From Thermoanaerobaculia bacterium (GTDB lineage Bacteria > Acidobacteriota > Thermoanaerobaculia > Gp7-AA8), in the NCBI GenBank assembly GCA_035999335.1, contig DASYGV010000175.1, positions 10,807 to 74,806 on the forward strand: 64,000 nt of DNA, written 5' to 3'. Each line of letters starts with the position of its first letter. The first letter of the stretch is position 1. Shown in pieces: positions 1 to 7,569 of this stretch. Under the pieces are notes generated by a model. It worked only from the letters and a program-made list of their open reading frames with translations, was not told where the DNA came from and made no database searches. Position numbers and translations under genes: made by a program.

Positions 1-1154
1 GCGATCTCGAAAAGCACGAGGCGCGGGTCGCGGATCGGTGCGAGCGATACCCACCACACGCCGTCCTCCATCTCGCGGAGAAGCGCGGCGCCGACGTCGA
101 GGCTGAGGCGCGTCTTCCCCGTGCCGCCCGGTCCGGTGAGCGTGACCATGCGCACGTCGTCGCGGCGCAACAGGGACAACACGTCGTCGCGCTCCGGGTC
201 GCGTCCGACCATGGGCGTGAGCATGTGGGGAAGGTTCGACGGCGGCGGCTCGGACGCGCTCACGGTCTCCGTCGTGGCCATGCGCGATTCGTCGGAGCCC
301 TCGACGAGCGCCGCATCGTGCGTGAGATCGGCCTGCAGCTCCCGCAGATCCCAAAGCAGATCCTGCGCGGTCTGATAGCGGCGCGCGCGATCCTTCGTCA
401 GCGCCAGCATGATGATCATGGTGAGACGCGGCGGTGCGGGCTTGCCGTCGCGCTGCAGCAGCGGAGGCGGCTCGCTGCGGAGGATGGTGGCCGCAACCTC
501 GGACGAGCTGTCGCCTTCGAACGGCAGACGTCCGCTGATCAATTCGTACAGCAGCACGCCAGTGCTCCAGACGTCGCTGCGCGAGTCGAGCGTGATTCCG
601 CGCAGCTGTTCCGGCGACATGTAGAACACGGTGCCGCGCACGATGTTCGGGTCGGTGCGCCGGTCAGGCTCGGGCGCGGCGATCAAGCGCGCGAGTCCGA
701 AGTCGAGCAGCTTCACGTATCCATCGCGCCGCACCATGATGTTGTCGGGCTTGATGTCGCGATGCACGAGTCCCGCGGCCTCGGCCGCCGCGATCGCGGA
801 CGCGACCTGGATGCCGAGGTCGAGGACGTCGCGCAGGGACGGGTCGCCACGGGTCATGCGCTGGCGCAGCGTCACGCCGTCGACGTATTCGGTGGCGATG
901 AAACGCTCCTCGCCGAGCTGGCCGATGTCGTAGACGGTGAGGATGTTCGGGTGATTGAGCGCCGAGGCCGCGCGCGCCTCATGCTCGAGGCGCTTGCGCA
1001 GGTCCTCGTCCGTTCGAGCCGCTTCCCCCAGCACCTTCAGCGCCACCGGCCGGTGCAGGTGAGGATCGTGCGCGAGATACACCTCGCCCATGCCGCCGAC
1101 TCCGAGGAGCGAGCGGATCTCGTAACGGCCGAGCTTCGATCCGGGTTGGAGCAA
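1..1154 (-). CDS. Ser/Thr protein kinase fused to a P-loop (PknK/MalT-like) ATPase; 3' end runs off the window
   Basis: Missing from the ORF track because it is open at the window edge. My minus-strand translation gives GRYEIRSLLGVGGMGEVYLA (Gly loop), VALK, HRDIKPDN, DFGLA and SPEQ, then LTGPGGTGKTRL (Walker A) near positions 130-165. The start is uncertain: TTG at 1154 or ATG at 1214. The ATG would translate the heptamer repeat. Confidence 0.85.
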   Translation of the reverse strand, partial: MLQPGSKLGRYEIRSLLGVGGMGEVYLAHDPHLHRPVALKVLGEAARTDEDLRKRLEHEARAASALNHPNILTVYDIGQLGEERFIATEYVDGVTLRQRMTRGDPSLRDVLDLGIQVASAIAAAEAAGLVHRDIKPDNIMVRRDGYVKLLDFGLARLIAAPEPDRRTDPNIVRGTVFYMSPEQLRGITLDSRSDVWSTGVLLYELISGRLPFEGDSSSEVAATILRSEPPPLLQRDGKPAPPRLTMIIMLALTKDRARRYQTAQDLLWDLRELQADLTHDAALVEGSDESRMATTETVSASEPPPSNLPHMLTPMVGRDPERDDVLSLLRRDDVRMVTLTGPGGTGKTRLSLDVGAALLREMEDGVWWVSLAPIRDPRLVLFEI

Positions 1155-1168
1155 GGGGAGCCATTCTA

Positions 1169-1228
1169 GTGCTGAGTGCTGAGTGCTGAGTAGGGGGCGG
1201 GAGGGACTCAACATTCAGCACCCAGCAC
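1169..1228. repeat. Hairpin-forming repeat built from tandem GTGCTGA heptamers (family 1, copy a)
   Basis: gtgctgagtgctgagtgctgagta ... ttcagcacccagcac. The arms are reverse complements. It lies in the divergent region between the kinase and tetR. Confidence 0.8.
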
Positions 1229-1296
1229 TTCGCGCTACTGTCACGCTCTCGTCACAACTGACCCTATCGTCCTTGCCACTGACCCGAAATTCTGGT

Positions 1297-1318
1297 TCAC
1301 TGACCAGCCGTTCAGTGA
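1297..1318. promoter_or_regulatory. Candidate TetR operator (inverted repeat TCACTGA-N8-TCAGTGA)
   Basis: The inverted repeat ends 8 nt upstream of the tetR start. An additional direct half-site CACTGACC occurs at 1277-1284 and 1298-1305. Confidence 0.3.
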
Positions 1319-1325
1319 GCTGAAT

Positions 1326-1946
1326 ATGCTTCCACTCAGATCGAAGGAAGAAGTCGTCCAGGAGTTCCGGATCCAGTCGATCCAGGATGCGACCATGCGC
1401 GTGATCGCGCGCAAGGGAATGGCCGCGGCCACGGTCCAGGAGATCGCCGACGAGGCGGGAGTCGCCAAGGGCACGATCTACCTCTACTTCCGCGACCGCG
1501 ATGAGCTGATCGAGAAGACCTTCGAAGGCGCAATGGCGCAGCTCATGGCGCGGGTCGATGCCGTCCTCGATCAGGACCTGCCGTTCGACCAAAAGATCCG
1601 CGAGACCATCGCGGCGAAGCTCGCGTTCTTCAGCGACAACCGCGAGTTCTTCCGCCTCTATCTCACGCTGCGCATGCCGGAAGGACCGGCATCGCGACAG
1701 CGGCGGAAACAGACCTGTCATCCGCAATATCGCGCGCGGGCGAAGAAGCTCGCGGGCGTTCTGAAGCAGGCGATGGATCGCGGCGAGATCCGCGAAGTCG
1801 ATCCGTACCGCCTCGCGCTTTTCATCATGGAAGGAAGTACCGCCGTCATCCTCGAGCGCCTCACCGAAGATTCCTCGCCCGCCGATGCTGCGGACGTGGA
1901 GCTCATGGCCGGCCTCGTGCTCGACGGGATTCGAAAACGGGAGTAG
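1326..1946 (+). CDS. TetR/AcrR family transcriptional regulator
   Basis: N-terminal HTH RVIARKGMAAATVQEIADEAGVAKGTIYLYFRDRDELI. It lies directly upstream of the efflux genes. Confidence 0.9.
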   Translation: MLPLRSKEEVVQEFRIQSIQDATMRVIARKGMAAATVQEIADEAGVAKGTIYLYFRDRDELIEKTFEGAMAQLMARVDAVLDQDLPFDQKIRETIAAKLAFFSDNREFFRLYLTLRMPEGPASRQRRKQTCHPQYRARAKKLAGVLKQAMDRGEIREVDPYRLALFIMEGSTAVILERLTEDSSPADAADVELMAGLVLDGIRKRE

Positions 1947-1949
1947 GGG

Positions 1950-3236
1950 TTGAGACGAATCATTCCGGTCATTCTCATCGCGCTCAGCGCGATGACCGTA
2001 TCCGCACAAACACGATTGACGTTCGACGGCGCGCTGCAGCGCGCGATGGAGGTCAACAACAGCGTCGAGCGGACGCGCGAGCAGATCGCCTTCGCCTCGG
2101 CGCAGCGCGATGAGCTCGTGTCCGCGGTGCTGCCGCGCATCACGCTGAAGGGCGATCTCACGCGCAACTCGATCGAACAGCGTTTCGGCGAGGGCGACGA
2201 TTCGATCGCGATCCTCCCGCGCAATGACTGGGCCTACCGCGTCATCCTCGAGCAGCCGGTCTTCGCCGGACGCCGCGAGCTGCGCGCGTATTCGCAGGCG
2301 AAGTTGAACGTCGAGAACGCGCGCGAAGGGGCGCTCGGCTCGGAAGACGCCGCGCTGGTGCGCGTCGCCTCGAGCTATCTCGCGGTCGTCAATGCCGACC
2401 GGCGCGTCGAGGTCGAGAAAGGCAACATCGCGCTCGCGCAGCGCCGCCTCGGGCAGGCCCAGGCCTTCTACGAGGCCGGCGAAGTGACGAAGGTCGACGT
2501 GTTCCGCGCCGAGACGGCGATGAAGGCCGCGCAGCGTCTGCTCGCGGTCGCCGCACAGCAGCGCGAGCACGCGGTCGCCGCGCTTCGCACCGAGCTCGAT
2601 CTCGACGGCGCGATCGAAGTCGCGCCGCCCGACCGCAAGTTGCCGCCGCTGCCCGCGGAGAGCGAACTGCTCGTACGCGCGGAATCGTCGCGGAGCGACA
2701 TCGACATCGCCGAGAACAACGTCCGCATCGCGAAGCTCGAGATCCAGAAGCAGCGCGGGTTCTGGCTGCCGACGGTCACGTTCGACGGCGGGTTCGTGCA
2801 GCAGAGAACGCCCTTCCCGGCGAACCAATATTCGTACGGTGCGCTGCGCTTCACGGTCCCAATCTTCCAGTCGGGCGAGGTGGTCGCACGCGTGGCCGGG
2901 GCGAAGAGCCTCGAGAAGCAGGCCGAGATCGCGCTCGACGAAGCGAAGATCAACGCGCGCGAGGACGTCCGCCGCGCGCTCGCCGATCTCCGTTCCGCGG
3001 AGACGGGGCTGCAGCTCGCGGGCGAGCAGCTCGAAGCGGCGCAGGCCGAGTACGAGCAGGCGTTCGACCTCTATCGGGCGCAGGAAGCGACGTCGCTCGA
3101 CGTCGCATCGTCCGAACAATCACTCGCCGACGCGCGCCGCGCGGTCGCCGAAGAAACCCTCAACCGCGATCTCGCCGAGCTGCGTGTCTGGTTCGCCGCG
3201 GGACAAATCAAGACTGCCGTTGGAGTAAGTGAATGA
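1950..3236 (+). CDS. TolC-family outer membrane efflux protein
   Basis: Signal peptide MRRIIPVILIALSAMTVSAQ. Two-fold repeated coiled-coil-like TolC pattern. The start is 4 nt after the tetR stop and the 3' end overlaps the next gene by 4 nt. Confidence 0.85.
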   Translation: MRRIIPVILIALSAMTVSAQTRLTFDGALQRAMEVNNSVERTREQIAFASAQRDELVSAVLPRITLKGDLTRNSIEQRFGEGDDSIAILPRNDWAYRVILEQPVFAGRRELRAYSQAKLNVENAREGALGSEDAALVRVASSYLAVVNADRRVEVEKGNIALAQRRLGQAQAFYEAGEVTKVDVFRAETAMKAAQRLLAVAAQQREHAVAALRTELDLDGAIEVAPPDRKLPPLPAESELLVRAESSRSDIDIAENNVRIAKLEIQKQRGFWLPTVTFDGGFVQQRTPFPANQYSYGALRFTVPIFQSGEVVARVAGAKSLEKQAEIALDEAKINAREDVRRALADLRSAETGLQLAGEQLEAAQAEYEQAFDLYRAQEATSLDVASSEQSLADARRAVAEETLNRDLAELRVWFAAGQIKTAVGVSE

Positions 3237-4135
3237 AGCGTTCTCTGATTCTTCTGATGATTCTCACGCTCTCGCTCGCGCTGTTTGCGTGCGGCGGAGA
3301 CGAGTCGAAAGCCGCACAAACTGAAACCACCGCGACAGCGGAAGCGCCGCCGCTGCCTGAAGACGTACAGGCCGTGAGCACGGGCATGGCGGCTACCACC
3401 GCCGCGTCCGAGGCGCAGATCGACTCGAGCATCTACTCCGCGACGGGCGAGTTCGTCTCGCCGGTGCGCTCGGAGCTGTCTCCGAAGCTCCCGGGCCGCG
3501 TCGCGAAGATGTACGTCGAGGAAGGCTCGCGCGTGCGTCGCGGACAGCCGGTGCTCGAGCTCGAGAGCGATTACACGCGGCTCAACCTGCAGTCCGCGAA
3601 CGCCGAGGTGGCGCGCGCGAAGGCGGCGCTCGACGAGGCGTCGCGCGATCTCGAGCGCAAGAAAGGGCTGGTCGCGAAGGACTCGATCCCGAAGGCGACG
3701 TTCGACCGCTCGCAGGCAATGTTCGATCAGGCCAGCGCCGCGCATCAGGCCGCGATCGCGCAGGCCGCGTTGTTGCGCCAGCAGGTCGGCGACTCGACGC
3801 TGCGCTCACCCGTCGACGGCATCGTGGCCGAGAAGCGCACCGACGTCGGCGCGCGCCTCGGCGACGGCGGCGTGGCCTTCGTGGTCGTGCAGCTCTCCCC
3901 GCTCAAGCTGCGCTTCTCCGTTCCCGAGCGTTTCCTCGGACGCATCAACGCCGGTGACCGCGTGACCGCGACGGTCGACCCGTACCCGAACGAGAAGTTC
4001 GAAGGCAAGGTCAAGACCATCGGCGGCGTGATCGACCCGAAGACGCGAACGATGTTCGCGGAAGCGGAGTTCGCGAATCGCGATGGGCGCTTGCGGCCGG
4101 GACTGTTCGCGCGTGTGGAGGCGAAGCTGGACTGA
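3233..4135 (+). CDS. RND efflux periplasmic adaptor (HlyD/MFP) lipoprotein
   Basis: Lipobox LALFAC. Biotinyl-lipoyl-like motif GRVAKMYVEEGSRVRRGQPVLELE. TLRSPVDGIV hairpin return. Confidence 0.9.
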   Translation: MKRSLILLMILTLSLALFACGGDESKAAQTETTATAEAPPLPEDVQAVSTGMAATTAASEAQIDSSIYSATGEFVSPVRSELSPKLPGRVAKMYVEEGSRVRRGQPVLELESDYTRLNLQSANAEVARAKAALDEASRDLERKKGLVAKDSIPKATFDRSQAMFDQASAAHQAAIAQAALLRQQVGDSTLRSPVDGIVAEKRTDVGARLGDGGVAFVVVQLSPLKLRFSVPERFLGRINAGDRVTATVDPYPNEKFEGKVKTIGGVIDPKTRTMFAEAEFANRDGRLRPGLFARVEAKLD

Positions 4136-4142
4136 CGGAGAG

Positions 4143-4212
4143 GTGCTGAGTGCTGCGTGCTGAGTGCTGAGTGAGTCTTGCCAAGAGCGACTCAGCACTC
4201 AGCACCCAGCAC
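4143..4212. repeat. GTGCTGA-heptamer hairpin (family 1, copy b), intra-operonic
   Basis: gtgctgagtgctgcgtgctgagtgctgagtgagtc - ttgccaagagc - gactcagcactcagcacccagcac, located between the MFP stop and the RND start. Confidence 0.85.
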
Positions 4213-4233
4213 TGCGACGTACCGGAGCTCATC

Positions 4234-7200
4234 ATGCAAAAACTTGCCGAAATCTGCGTCCGCCGCCCCGTCTTCGCGACAGTGATCATCCTCGCCCTCG
4301 TGGTGGTCGGCGCGTTCTCGTACTTCAAGCTGGGCGTCGATCGTTTTCCCAACGTCGAATTCCCGTTCGTCATCGTCACGACAGTGCTGCCGGGCGCGGC
4401 GCCTGAGGAAATCGAGACCGAGCTGACCGACAAGATCGAGGAATCGGTCAATACCATCAGCGGCATCGACGAGCTGACGTCGTTCTCGTCCGAGAACGTG
4501 TCGGTGGTCATGATCAGCTTCACGCTGGAGAAGAACCGCGACGTCGCCGCGCAGGAAGTGCGCGACAAGGTCTCGACCATCCTCGGCGATCTCCCGCAAG
4601 ACGCCGAGCCGCCCATCATCCAGAGCTTCGACCCGGGCGCGATTCCGGTCGTGACCATCGCCGTCTCCGGTCCCGGCTCGCAGCGCGACATCTCCGAATA
4701 CGTCGACAAGAACCTCCGCCGCCGTCTCGAGACCGTGTACGGCGTCGGCCAGGTGCTGGTCATCGGCGCGCGTCCGCGGCAGATCAACGTCGTCGTCGAC
4801 AACGCGAAGCTCGCCGCGCAAGGACTCACCGCCGCGCAAGTCGTCAGCGCGCTGCAGTCGCAGAACATTCAGATCCCGGGCGGCAAGGTCGAGCAGGGCG
4901 TGCGCGACCTGACGCTGCGCACGTACGGGCGCGTCAGCTCGCCGGAGTCGTTCGGCAACATCCCGATCGCGAACGTGGGCGGCACGGCGATCCGGGTCCG
5001 CGATGTCGCGCGCATCGAGGACAGCATGTCCGAGGTGGAGTCGGCGGCGACGGTGAGCGGGAAGTCGGCGGTCGTGTTGATGGTCCGCAAGCAGTCGGGC
5101 ACGAACGCGATCCAGGTCGTCGAAGGCATCAAGGGACGCGTCGAGGAAGTGCGTCCGACGCTGCCGGCCGGCTACAAGCTCGACGTCATCCGCGATCAGT
5201 CGGAGTTCGTCCTCGCCGCGGTCGGAGCGGTGAAGGAACATCTGATCCTCGGATCGATCTTCGCGGCGCTGGTGGTTTGGCTGTTCCTCTCGTCGCCTCG
5301 CTTTCTCACCGTGATCGCGATGCTGGCATCGACGCTCGCGTTCTACTTCCTGCTGTGGGGACACAGCTTGCCGGTGCCGCGCGCGATCGCAGTGCCGCTG
5401 GCGTTGATCATCGGCATCGGGATGTTCTTCTATTTCGCCAGGAAGTCGCGGCCGACGCTCATCGCCGCGGTGGCGATCCCGAGCTCGCTCATCGCCACGT
5501 TCGCGGCGATGCAGTACATGGGCTTCACGCTCAACGTCATCACTCTGCTCGCGCTGACGTTGGCGGTGGGCATCGTCATCGACGACGCGGTGGTCGTGCT
5601 CGAGAACATCTTCCGGCACATGGAAGAGAAAAACATGAGTCCCGCCGAGGCGGCGGTGGCGGGGACGAAGGAAGTCGGCCTTGCGGTCATGGCGACCTCG
5701 ATGTCGCTGATCATCGTCTTTCTCCCGGTCGCGTTCATGGCCGGCATCGTCGGACGCTTCATGTACTCGTTCGGCGTAACCATGGCGTTCTCGATCGCGG
5801 TGTCGCTGCTGGTGTCGTTCACGCTCACGCCGATGATGGCCGCGCGCTACCTGCGCCGCGAGGACCTCAATCACGAGGGCGGCAGCACGCGCGAGAAGGG
5901 CTTCTACGCGGTCATCGAGCGGGGCTACATGGCCATGCTCGACTGGTCGATGGCTCATCGCTGGGTGATCGTCGTGATGATGCTGCTGGTCCTGTTCTCC
6001 ACGGGCCCGCTGTTCACGGTCGTCGATAAAACGTTCCTTCCGTACGACGACGAAGGCCAGTTCGCGATCACGGTGCGCGCGCCGGAGGGCGCGAGCGTCT
6101 CCTCGACTTCCACGATCGCGGAGTCGATCGCGTCTCGCGCGCGCAAGCTGAAGGGCGTGACGAACACGGTCGTCACGATCGGCGACGATCCGCAGCAGAC
6201 GCTCAATCTCGCAACGGTGTACGTCAAGCTCGGGCCGGCAGACGGGCGCGAGAATCAGTACGAGATCATGGACCGCGTCCGCACGGAGGTCCTCCCACAG
6301 TACCAGCGTCTCAATCTACGCACGACCGTCGCGCCTGTGAACGAGTTCGGCGGCGGAACGGATGCGGAGGTCATGTTCTGGATCGGCGGTCCCGATCTCG
6401 AGCAGCTCGACAAGTACGCGCGCCAGCTCACGGACGCGATCAAGGACCCGAAGCTCGGCACGACGGACGTCGACACGAACTTCATCGTCGGCAAGCCGGA
6501 GCTGGCCGTGCGCATCGACCGCGACAAGGCCACGGACCTCGGCGTCCGCGTGCAGGACCTGGCCGCGACGCTGAACGTGCTGGTCGGCGGACAGCAGGCG
6601 ACGAGCTACTACGAAGGCGGCGAGGAGTACGAGGTGCACGTGCGCGCCGAGGAGAGCTCGCGCAATACCGTGGCGGCTATTCAGCAGATCGAAGTGCCGT
6701 CGTCGACGGGCGCGAACGTGAAGCTGAACGATCTCGTGAAGCTCGAGGAAGGCAGTGGGCCGTCGGTCGTCAATCGCTACAACCGCCGGCGCATGGTCAT
6801 GGTGCTGGCGAACATGCAGCCAGGCCATTCGTCGCAGGCGGTCATGGATCTGCTGCAGCGGAAGGCGAAGGAGCTGAACATGCCGGCGTCGTATTCGGCG
6901 GGTTTCACCGGGCGCGCGCAGGAGCAGCAGAAAGCGGGCGTCAACTTCATGCTCGCGTTCGTGCTGTCGATCATCTTCATGTACCTGATCCTGGCCGCGC
7001 AGTTCGAGAGCTGGGTGCATCCGATCACGATCCTGTTGTCGCTGCCGATGACCGTGCCGTTCGCGCTGCTGTCGCTGGTGCTGCTGAATGAGTCGGTGAA
7101 CATCTTCTCGGCCCTCGGCATCGTGGTGCTGTTCGGGATCGTGAAGAAGAACTCGATCCTGCAGGTCGACCACACGAATCAGCTCCGCGAGCGCGGCATG

Positions 7201-7494
7201 GCCCGCCCCGAAGCGATCCGCGAGGCGAACCGCGACCGTCTGCGCCCGATCCTGATGACGACGATCGCGTTCGTGGCCGGCATGATCCCGCTGGTCGTCT
7301 CCAGCGGCGCCGGCGCCGCGACGAACCGCGCCATCGGCGCGACGATCATCGGCGGCCAGACGCTCGTGCTCCTGCTGACGCTGCTCGCGACGCCGGTTCT
7401 CTACTCGCTCTTCGACGACGTGCAGGAGCTCTTCCGCCGGCGGCGGAAGGTGCGGGTGGAGGAAGAGGTCGTGATCGAGGGTGTGACTACGTAA
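4234..7494 (+). CDS. RND (AcrB/HAE1-type) efflux permease
   Basis: MQKLAEICVRRPVFATVIILALVVVGA is a typical AcrB N-terminus, and the 12-TM pattern has two large loops. The track start at 4171 would translate the hairpin repeat, so I chose the ATG at 4234. Confidence 0.93.
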   Translation: MQKLAEICVRRPVFATVIILALVVVGAFSYFKLGVDRFPNVEFPFVIVTTVLPGAAPEEIETELTDKIEESVNTISGIDELTSFSSENVSVVMISFTLEKNRDVAAQEVRDKVSTILGDLPQDAEPPIIQSFDPGAIPVVTIAVSGPGSQRDISEYVDKNLRRRLETVYGVGQVLVIGARPRQINVVVDNAKLAAQGLTAAQVVSALQSQNIQIPGGKVEQGVRDLTLRTYGRVSSPESFGNIPIANVGGTAIRVRDVARIEDSMSEVESAATVSGKSAVVLMVRKQSGTNAIQVVEGIKGRVEEVRPTLPAGYKLDVIRDQSEFVLAAVGAVKEHLILGSIFAALVVWLFLSSPRFLTVIAMLASTLAFYFLLWGHSLPVPRAIAVPLALIIGIGMFFYFARKSRPTLIAAVAIPSSLIATFAAMQYMGFTLNVITLLALTLAVGIVIDDAVVVLENIFRHMEEKNMSPAEAAVAGTKEVGLAVMATSMSLIIVFLPVAFMAGIVGRFMYSFGVTMAFSIAVSLLVSFTLTPMMAARYLRREDLNHEGGSTREKGFYAVIERGYMAMLDWSMAHRWVIVVMMLLVLFSTGPLFTVVDKTFLPYDDEGQFAITVRAPEGASVSSTSTIAESIASRARKLKGVTNTVVTIGDDPQQTLNLATVYVKLGPADGRENQYEIMDRVRTEVLPQYQRLNLRTTVAPVNEFGGGTDAEVMFWIGGPDLEQLDKYARQLTDAIKDPKLGTTDVDTNFIVGKPELAVRIDRDKATDLGVRVQDLAATLNVLVGGQQATSYYEGGEEYEVHVRAEESSRNTVAAIQQIEVPSSTGANVKLNDLVKLEEGSGPSVVNRYNRRRMVMVLANMQPGHSSQAVMDLLQRKAKELNMPASYSAGFTGRAQEQQKAGVNFMLAFVLSIIFMYLILAAQFESWVHPITILLSLPMTVPFALLSLVLLNESVNIFSALGIVVLFGIVKKNSILQVDHTNQLRERGMARPEAIREANRDRLRPILMTTIAFVAGMIPLVVSSGAGAATNRAIGATIIGGQTLVLLLTLLATPVLYSLFDDVQELFRRRRKVRVEEEVVIEGVTT

Positions 7495-7569
7495 AGGGTG
7501 TTTCTCGCGGCTCTTGAAAGGTGTGCGCGTTGAGCACAGGCCGTTTGAACGTCGTCCGTGTTTGGAGAG

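Noticed and set aside
225-1169. 314-aa plus-strand ORF, plus many other long ORFs in the track: 1215-3119(-), 4192-5958(-), 14076-15713(-), 15990-17354(-), 22425-24059(+), 24068-25525(-), 26531-27640(-), 28718-30544(-), 30827-32137(-), 32016-33755(-), 34927-36129(-), 35181-36599(+), 36654-37691(+), 37790-38905(+), 40008-41201(+), 45841-47139(-), 48944-50797(-), 51718-53457(+), 54112-55530(+), 63129-63968(-)
   Set aside because: They are antisense or out-of-frame shadows of clearly recognisable genes. Their translations are Arg/Ala/Gly/Pro/Asp-rich with no motifs. This is expected in high-GC DNA, where stop codons are rare in alternative frames.
1155-1214. ATG at 1214 as the kinase start
   Set aside because: It would translate the heptamer hairpin (LSTQHSAL). 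I preferred TTG at 1154, although neither candidate has a clear Shine-Dalgarno sequence. This remains unresolved.
4171-4233. Upstream start for the RND pump (MSLAKSDSALSTQHCDVPELI...)
   Set aside because: These codons translate the GTGCTGA hairpin repeat. The canonical AcrB N-terminus starts at the ATG at 4234.
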